NCBI GenBank assembly: GCA_003565815.1
Contig: PXAS01000174.1
Location: 1-33,377, forward strand
DNA length: 33,377 bases
Reading direction: 5' to 3'
Source: PVC group bacterium
GTDB taxonomy: Bacteria; Verrucomicrobiota; Kiritimatiellia; SS1-B-03-39; UBA6053
Shown: piece by piece, positions 1 through 7,700 of the stretch
How the letters are laid out: each line of letters opens with the position of its first letter
How positions within the stretch are numbered: the first letter of the stretch is position 1
Notes under the pieces: generated by a model
Database searches by the model: none
Seen by the model: the letters and a program-made list of their open reading frames with translations, nothing else
What the model was told of the DNA's origin: nothing
Translations under genes and position numbers: made by a program

Positions 1-1
1 A

Positions 2-301
2 CTTGCAATAGTTGCCGGCATGGCGGTTGGTGCGGCGATTGACATAGGATATCAAATGGTGGCTGAAAACCGATCATTCTCGGAAATCAACTGGGGACGA
101 ACAGCCGTATCCGCCGGGCTGGGTGGCGCAGGCGGTGCGGCAATTTCAGCGGTGCGGGCCGTTGGGGTCGCCGGCGTACGCCAAGCTGCCCTGTCGGGTT
201 TGGCAAGAGAATACCTGTTGCAATGTTTTCTTTCCCCTGTTACTGGTTACTTCCCACACATTGCCTCCCACTCCCGCCAACCCCAGGGGATTGATCCATA
301 A
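2..301 (+). CDS. Partial (5'-truncated) ORF; Gly/Ala-rich hydrophobic C-terminal fragment of an unidentified protein
   Basis: The frame is open from the left edge (LAIVAGMAVGAAIDIGYQMVAENRSFSEINWGRTAVSAGLGGAGGAAISAVRAVGVAG...). It contains a glycine-zipper-like hydrophobic stretch. The last ~155 nt overlap the 3' end of the convergent ORF 146..1624, so the real stop is uncertain. No family recognised. Confidence 0.25.
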   Translation, partial: LAIVAGMAVGAAIDIGYQMVAENRSFSEINWGRTAVSAGLGGAGGAAISAVRAVGVAGVRQAALSGLAREYLLQCFLSPVTGYFPHIASHSRQPQGIDP

Positions 302-1624
302 GTCGTCCACGGGTGCGGATACGATAAAGGCATCCCGGTACCCTTCGATCTTTTCGTTCAGAAGGCTCTCTTCGCCACTGTAATTAACGGCGAGATCCTT
401 GGGTGGTGGCCATTGATTTCCCCAGGGTCTTCTTTGTCTGCCACCCCCCCCCATCAGGGTTTGGAATTCCCTGTCCGACGGCAACCGGTACCGATAACAC
501 GTTGGCAGATTTTCCGCCTCATACTCAAGGTGGGTCATCCAGCTGGCAAAGGCCACCGCATCCTTGAAACTCACCTGAACCACCGGCTGACGGTCCCCGT
601 TCAGACTGTGGCCTTCATACGCGCCGGAATCGTGGTCCGGGTTCATCTTCCGGTATTCTTCATTGGTGGCTTCGTATTTTCCGACCCAAATTTCGAGATC
701 CTCAATCCAGACAAACTCCATTCCCGTGGCCGGACTCCGCCAATCCTCCCCGGGGACCGGGGCCGGTCCCATGTAGGGCTCCATGGGCACATCCATTTCC
801 CGAACACCTTCCCAATCGGTGAAAATTTCCACGGGTCCCGCCTGATACCAGTCTCCGTGTTCCTCATAGCTGAAAAAAAGATGGTAGGGTTGATGTGATT
901 CGAAAATGTCCAACGTGCCCGGCAAGACGCTTGTCCCCTCTAGCCGCATACGTTTTTTGAGTCGGACCGTTGCGGCAACCTCTTCACCATTCCATGTCAC
1001 ACGGACAACCAGACGCGGGCTCAATTGGGTTCTTGCTTGAGATAAGAGATCCCGTACCCGATGAGATTCCCGATCTAATGGAGTTCGACCATAAAACCTC
1101 AATAGATCGTAGAGTTCCTCTCCGGCGGCGACTGCTTCGTGCCAGTCTTCCCGATTCAGGGCGGCTTCCGCGCGGTCAAACAAGCGCTGGATTTCAACGT
1201 TTCGATCCCAAATTCCTTTTCCCCACCAAGCGGCACATGCAATCAGTCCGACTGCGAATCCCTTCAAAATGGGCTTGTACCAGCGTCGGCAGAACGTTTT
1301 GAATAAATGGATCCCTTTCCCCACGGGACCGACATGCAATGGATACGTTTCTTCATCGACCGGCTTATTTTCCGCGACCCAGCTCCTGAGGGCTTCCCAG
1401 TCTTTACGATCATATACCCATGAGTAGATATAAATCCTTTTCTTCTTATTTTTGTGAATGCGGTAAAGCTTGTTTCCCTCCAAAACCAATGACCGCAATC
1501 CATGCAGTTTGTAAATACGAGAGGGCAGAAGCCACAAAACATCACGGTTGACCGTAAAATAGCAATTAAGGAGTATTGGCAGAAAACGGTAATATTGACA
1601 GGATAAACACCATAGGCTGTTCAT
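146..1624 (-). CDS. Membrane-anchored protein with a C-terminally truncated FGE-sulfatase (SUMF1-like) fold domain; start uncertain, possibly decaying
   Basis: 492-aa ORF with a single TM segment (KPILKGFAVGLIACAAWWGKGIW, aa 118-138). FGE-fold hallmarks span nt 239-739: WVGKYEATNEEY, QPVVQVSFKDAVAFASW, YRLPSDREFQ, GNVWEVTS. Family-like sequence stops right after GNVWEVTSN (nt 239). The RGG...GFR C-terminal motifs present in the intact paralog (26302..27849) are missing. There is no SD before ATG 1624, and the N-terminal ~110 aa are AT-rich with an LRR-like fragment. Confidence 0.6.
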   Translation of the reverse strand: MNSLWCLSCQYYRFLPILLNCYFTVNRDVLWLLPSRIYKLHGLRSLVLEGNKLYRIHKNKKKRIYIYSWVYDRKDWEALRSWVAENKPVDEETYPLHVGPVGKGIHLFKTFCRRWYKPILKGFAVGLIACAAWWGKGIWDRNVEIQRLFDRAEAALNREDWHEAVAAGEELYDLLRFYGRTPLDRESHRVRDLLSQARTQLSPRLVVRVTWNGEEVAATVRLKKRMRLEGTSVLPGTLDIFESHQPYHLFFSYEEHGDWYQAGPVEIFTDWEGVREMDVPMEPYMGPAPVPGEDWRSPATGMEFVWIEDLEIWVGKYEATNEEYRKMNPDHDSGAYEGHSLNGDRQPVVQVSFKDAVAFASWMTHLEYEAENLPTCYRYRLPSDREFQTLMGGGGRQRRPWGNQWPPPKDLAVNYSGEESLLNEKIEGYRDAFIVSAPVDDLWINPLGLAGVGGNVWEVTSNRGKKTLQQVFSCQTRQGSLAYAGDPNGPHR

Positions 1625-1757
1625 GAAACAAAATCAAATTACCCCCAAACACAAACAACGCCATAATACGCCATTTTTTGTTGTAACCAATTTTCATTTT
1701 AGTCTCCTGCAGGATGTTGATGATTTCATGGCATCGGTCTTTCAAAAAAGTTTGTTG

Positions 1758-4700
1758 TTATTTTCGTCTGAATTGGGCGTGTTCATCTGTAAGCGTGCGG
1801 TAATCCGAACTGACGGCCAAGGTGACGTTTACACTGCCTTCCCTGGATTCCAAACGGAGATTCAGGCGGTTTCCGTTCACGGTGCCATTCGCTCGCTGGG
1901 TATCGTTAAATTCCGGGTATTGTTCGAAAAGATGTTTCATTGTCCCCGTCACCTGATTTCCCTGCTGTATGAGGTTTAATTCAAGTTTAACGCGGGTTCC
2001 GCCCTCGTTGATTACCGCCACATAGGTCCCTGTGAGACTCTGCTTTTGGGCGGCCTGAGCTTGGCGGCGCTGCTCCGCCTCCCGCCGGGCTTGTTCTTGA
2101 CGCTTTTGTTCCGCCTCGCGCTCTGCTTGCTGCCGTCGTTGTCGCGCAAGACGCTGCTGCTCCGCTCTGCGCGCTTCCGCATCGCGACGCTGCCGCTCCG
2201 CCGCAAGCTGAGCCTGTTGCTCGGACCGCCTCGCCGCCGCTATTTGGTCGCGTAGCGCTGCAATGCGCTTGGCAACACCATCATTGGCATAGAGTCGTTG
2301 CGCTTCTTCATATTTACCGATGGCTCCGCTGTGGTTTTGGCGCTGTTCAAGGGCGTAGCCTTCTTCGATCAGTTTTTGAGCGAGGGTGCGCTTTTCCAAT
2401 TGACCGCGCAGTCTCTGAATTCGCGCGGCCACCTCTTTATTGGCGTGGATCTGTTGCGCGGCCTCGTATTTTTCAATCGCGCCGGCCAGATCGTCCTGCT
2501 GTTCAAGGGCGTAGCCTTCTTCGATCAGTTTTTGAGCGCGGGTCCGGTTGACCAGTTTCTCCCGCAAGCTCTCAATCCGCTCGGCCACCTCCTCGTCGGG
2601 GTACAGCGCCTGCGCCTCCTCGTACTTCTCAATCGCGCCGGCCAGATCGTCCTGCTGTTCAAGCGCGTATCCTTCTTCAATCAGCTTCTGGGCGCGGGTC
2701 CGGTTGGCCAGTTTCTCCCGCAGGGTCTGAACCCGCTTGGCCACCCCCTCGTCGGGGTACAGCGCCTGCGCCTCCTCGTACTTCTCAATCGCGCTGGCCA
2801 GATCGTCCTGCTGTTCAAGAGCGTAGCCTTCTTCGATCAGTTTTTGAGCGCGGGTGCGCTTTTCCAATTGACCGCGCAGTCTCTGAATCCGCGCGGCCAC
2901 CTCTTTATTGGCGTGGATTTGTTGCGCGGCCTCGTATTTTTCAATCGCGCCGGCCAGATCGTCCTGCTGTTCAAGAGCGTAGCCTTCTTCGATCAGTTTT
3001 TGAGCGCGGGTGCGCTTTTCCAATTGATCGCGCAGTCTCTGAATCCGCGCGGCCACCCCGTCGATTTCGTAGAGCCGCTGGGCGGCTTCATATTTGGCGA
3101 GGGCCGCTGTCAGATGATGCCGCTGTTCGAGTATGTTGCCTTCATTCACCAGTTTTTGAGCGCGGGCACGGTTTGTCAAACGATCGCGCAAGTTCTGGAT
3201 CCGCCCGGCCAACCCGTCGATTTCGTAGATCCGCAGGGCGGCTTCGTATTTGGCGAGGGCCACTTCCAGTTTGCCCTGCTGTTCGAGTGCATTTCCTTCC
3301 CGCACCAAGCGCTCGGCGCGTTTGCGTTTTTCCTGATCTTCTTGGTCCCCGTCCTCCGCAGGAGGCTCAGGTCGGGAATCCAGCACGGTAACCGAGCGTT
3401 GACCCCGAGCAAGCTCCACTCCGGAGGGGGTGCGTGCCGTGACCGCAATGACATAGGTGCCGGGGGCGTGGGCGGAGAAGGTCTGGCTGCGTCCGGTGCT
3501 CCCGTGGGTGCGCCCCCCCTCGGCCGACACCGACCAGGCATAGCGCACTTCGCCGGGCGGCGCGGGGTCGAGGGACACCCCAATGGACACCTGCTGATGG
3601 GTCACGACCGAACCGCGGGGGGCGTTGACCAGTCCGCCCCGCTCCGGATCCCACACTTGCGGCGTCGGCCCCCGGAACCGGGGCTCCTCCACCGTCAGTT
3701 CATAGGTGCCGGGCGTGTAGCTGCCTTTAATCTCCGCGATCCGGTCTCCGGAACCTTTGGCCACCGCGATGGCCTCCAAGGGAATCGGAGCTGCGGGATT
3801 GGCGACGCCCTCTCCGATCACAAAACCGATCTCCGAGGCATTGGACGAATGGGTGTGCCGCTTGGCGGGGCGAAGCCAGCGAAACTCGATCAGTTCTTCC
3901 GGCACCTTCGGTTGGCTGAGCACCTTTACCCTCAGATTCTCTCCGATTTTCGCGTTTTCCTGCGGCGAGAACACCAGTTCGAAGCTCGGGGCCACCACAT
4001 CCACCTCCTGGACCTCCGACTCCGCCACCTTCACCCAGGCATTGCCCTCCCGCGCCTGCAACTCCGCGAACACCCGCACCGTTCCCATGCGACCGAAGGT
4101 GAGGGTGTTGGCTCTGCCTTCCGTGAAAGGGTTCGCGAAAGTGTTGCCCGTCGGGGAGGCATGCCACACCACGCGGGTTGCGAGGTCTTTTCCCGTTCCG
4201 ATGATGGTTGTGGAAAGTCCCAGGGATTGTCCGAACACCACCTCCCGTTGCATTTCGGCAAGCGTAATCTCCGGCTCTCCCTCCAGGACATTGAAGACAT
4301 ACACCTGTGACGTTTCGGTGCGTGTTTTCCCATTTTCGGTTATACGCACATCGGCCCATACCTCGTAACGACCCGGCTCCTTAAAGGTAACCCGGGTAAG
4401 ACCTTCCTTGCTGGTCTTCGGTTCGAATTCCGCAGATCCGGGGTTAGAAAGGAATGCAAACAATAGGATTCCTTCGGTTTCACCGTTTACTGAATCAGGC
4501 CTACGCGGTGGCGCGGCATTTTGCCTCCAGAATTGGCCTTTGTCTTCAGGACGAAAGATGCGTCCGTTCGAACTCCACCACAGAATTGCTCTCCCAATAT
4601 TGATTGCAATTGGATCTGTATCAGTGGGCACATCCTTTCCATGAAGATGTAAAAAGAGTCCTTCTGCTGTTTCTAAAATCCTTCCAGTGGCATGATTGAA

Positions 4701-7700
4701 TTTCGGCGCGATTCGTTTTTCTTGATGTCCCATATCCCTGTCGGGATAACCCCTATCCTCAACGACGGTTTCGGGCCTGATCTTTACCTTATGTCCTCTT
4801 TGCTCAATATGTAGTGAGATCTTGTAATAAATCATGTTAATCCTCCATTCAGAGCTCCATGTTCCCGAAATATTTACGATCTTCCCGTCCGCAGTGGCGT
4901 AAAACTTGTTTGAATTTGGTTGATCCGGCTCTTTCCCTACTTTCCCCATTTCAAATAGCTCTGGATAACGTTTTCGGTACGGCGGGCTGAAATCTAGATC
5001 CACAACATCACCCACCTTCACCTCTCCACCCGAGGTCTCCCCGGCGGAAGAAGGGGTCTCCCCCGGCACCACGTTCACAGGCGATGAAGGTTCCGCGCCT
5101 TCCCTCTGGGCTGGGGAGGCGGAGGGGCCGCCTTGTCCTCCGGATGATCCCGTCTGATCCGGGACGTCTGATGGACGCTGGTCTTTCTTCCCGGTTTGAT
5201 TTTCCGCCCCGGTTTCGGGTTCCGCCCCGTGCTCCGGCTCGTGCTCGGGTTCGGGCTCGGGTTCGGGCTCCGGCGGAGGGAGGCTGATCCTGACCGCATA
5301 GGTTGCTTGCAGAACTTCGGGGTGTCCGCCCTCTTCTTGCGGGGCTGTCCAGCTTGCGGTCACGCTGACCTGATACTCGCCTTCTTCCGGAAAATGCAAG
5401 GATTGGAATTCACCCCTGCCGCGGACCTCACCATCGACACGCCAGGCATAGGTGGCATGGTCAGGAATTTGCCGCGGGTGGGTCGCGAAGACATAGGAAA
5501 CATTGGGTTCGCCGGTGCCGTCCAGCAGATCGGGCGGCGGGATAATCGCCAGTTCCGGCTCGCCCTGCTCTACCAGAACCGTTTGCGGGCGGGCCATGAC
5601 CCGCTCGCCCCCGTTCCAACTGCCCTCGACCTCCCATTCGGCAATCAACTCCACGATATTCGGCCCCGACTGGCTGAAATGAAGTTGAACCTCGGCACCA
5701 ACGCCTGCAGGCTGATAATTGACAAGCCAGCTTATTTCAGCATCGTCGGGAATATTCCTGCGCATTGATCGAAAAGCGTAAGCACGATTCCTCTCGGCCT
5801 CCTCACCCAGATCGTCCGGGAGTTGAATGGCCAGCGAAGGCCCAGCCGCATCATCGTGAATCACCACGGTGATTTCGGCCTTGATGCTGCCGTTACATTC
5901 AACCCGCGTGGACTTAGCCCATGTGGCCTCCACCCGCAGGGTCCGCTGCCCCGCGGTTTCGAAGGTGTGGCTCAGGGTCTCGCCTCGTCCGATAATCCGG
6001 TCGCCTTCACGCCAGACATACTCCGTTTCCGGAGGAATGGCGGCGGCTTCGAGTCCAAAGGCATAGGGGGTGCCGGGAACCGCGCGGTCCTCGATGACAG
6101 CCGCCGGCGGCAGGATCGCGATTGCCCGCTGGATCGCGTCATAATGAGCACGGAATTCCTCCACCAATTCATCAAGCGCATCCCATCCCGCACGCGCTCT
6201 TTCCCAATTGGGATTACGAAAACCGTGGTCCCATATCTGCTTCATATCCCGCCATGCCCGAACGGGCATTGCGCGTCTGCGATTGTCGTGGAACTCGCCC
6301 CGGGCCATGGCGATGTCATTTTCCAGGCCAATGATTTCGGCATAGATCGCGAGGAGAATCCGGCGGTCAAAGGGCGCATCCAGTTGGACCTGGTTGTCAC
6401 AAAGGGCGTCCCTCTTGATATACCACAGCCTCTTTTCATAGGTATCAAACAATTCGACGGCCGACTGCAGCATCTTGGCCGCGACCTGCTGGTCGAATCC
6501 GGGATCGGCGGTCAGGGGGGGCACCCCCGTCAGGGGCCGTGTTTCAAGAGCCTCCTCCCCCCCGGCTCTCCGGTACAGATCCTCCACAGTACCGCGAATC
6601 TCGTGCACGGTCGAATAGGCATCGTAAAAACGCTGCAAGCCCTGCATGGCCTTGATGCGCACCTCTTTGTCGTTGTATGAAAGCCAGAACTCGATCCTGC
6701 TGCGGGGTGTGCGGGTGTACCATACAGCGTTCGGCTCAAAGGTATTATACATAATCTTGGGGCCGTATGCGCATTCATCCTCGAGCCATTCCATTCCCAG
6801 ATCGAACATGTCCAACTCCGTGAAAAGGCGCACGACCTCGTCCAGCAGTGCCAGAGCCGCCTCGTCACCGCCCTCCAGTCCCTGTTCGGCACGGTGGCGG
6901 GTTTCAAGAAAATCGACCACCGCCGCGCACAGCGCCCTCTGGACGTCCGCCCAGGCGGATGCCCGATGTTCCAGCAATCCCTTCATGGCCCGCCTGTGCG
7001 CGGGGTCAAACTCCGCGAGGACCTCCCAGCCGGGCCCGACATTGGCAGGCACGCTCCTGCCCAGCGTGTCGGCGACCTCGTTGATTCTCTCCGTCAGTTT
7101 GGCAACGGCTCCCCGGGCCTGCTGCACACCGCCATGTTGTCCCATGAACGTGGCGCGTCCTCCATACACCGTACTCTCCAGCGCCTTGACAAACGCGCGT
7201 GAACTGAACGCGTTGATGCCGCTGAGTACGTCCTGCCCCAGATTTCTTTCCTTGGACAACTCCAAGGCCCGAACAAACACGCCTTCGACCCAGTAATTCC
7301 CTCCGGGCTTCAACACCTCGTCGAACCACTTGCAGATTGCGTCCGATCCGTCTTTGTACCCGCCCAGTCCCGTGAATGTTCCGTCGGTGAATTCCGCGCT
7401 GGCGTACAGCACCATCAATTGGTGATCCTCCAAAACACCGGAAGTCAGGTTGATCACCGAGTTGCCGATCGACTCGACCACCTGCGGCAGCGCTGACTTG
7501 GGACAAAGCATCAGGATGACCGTCCGCGCCAGCGCCATTCCATCGCCTTCGACAAGGCCCGTGTACATGGCCTCGGCGACGGTCCCGTAGTAGGTGGTCG
7601 ATGCCAGCGTGCGACCCAGAAGAATGGCCAGTTCGGCATCGGATTTCGCGTCGCGCGCCTGCACGGCCAGGTTCAGCCACATGGCCAGGGACTGGGCGCG

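Noticed and set aside
1623-1979. 118-aa plus-strand ORF spanning the 1624-1758 spacer
   Set aside because: Its second half is antisense to the conserved-looking C-terminal domain of the giant gene. Its first half is AT-rich spacer. It has no SD or motif.
2226-3329. Regularly spaced direct repeats that could superficially suggest a CRISPR-like array
   Set aside because: The period is 156 nt with no unique spacers. The units are contiguous, in frame and translate into a TPR-like protein repeat. No cas genes are present.
2298-4310. 670-aa ORF on the plus strand
   Set aside because: It lies antisense to the repeat and Ig-like part of the 2442-aa gene. Its translation is itself repetitive, low-complexity and rich in L/F/G/R/A (mirror of the TPR-like repeats), with no domain signature. 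It is a shadow ORF typical of GC-rich coding DNA.
4420-4431. GGTTCGAATTCC, resembling a tRNA T-arm/T-loop
   Set aside because: The flanking bases do not form a T-stem (TCGG before and TCCG after are not complementary). No acceptor, D or anticodon arms can be drawn, and it sits inside the open giant ORF.
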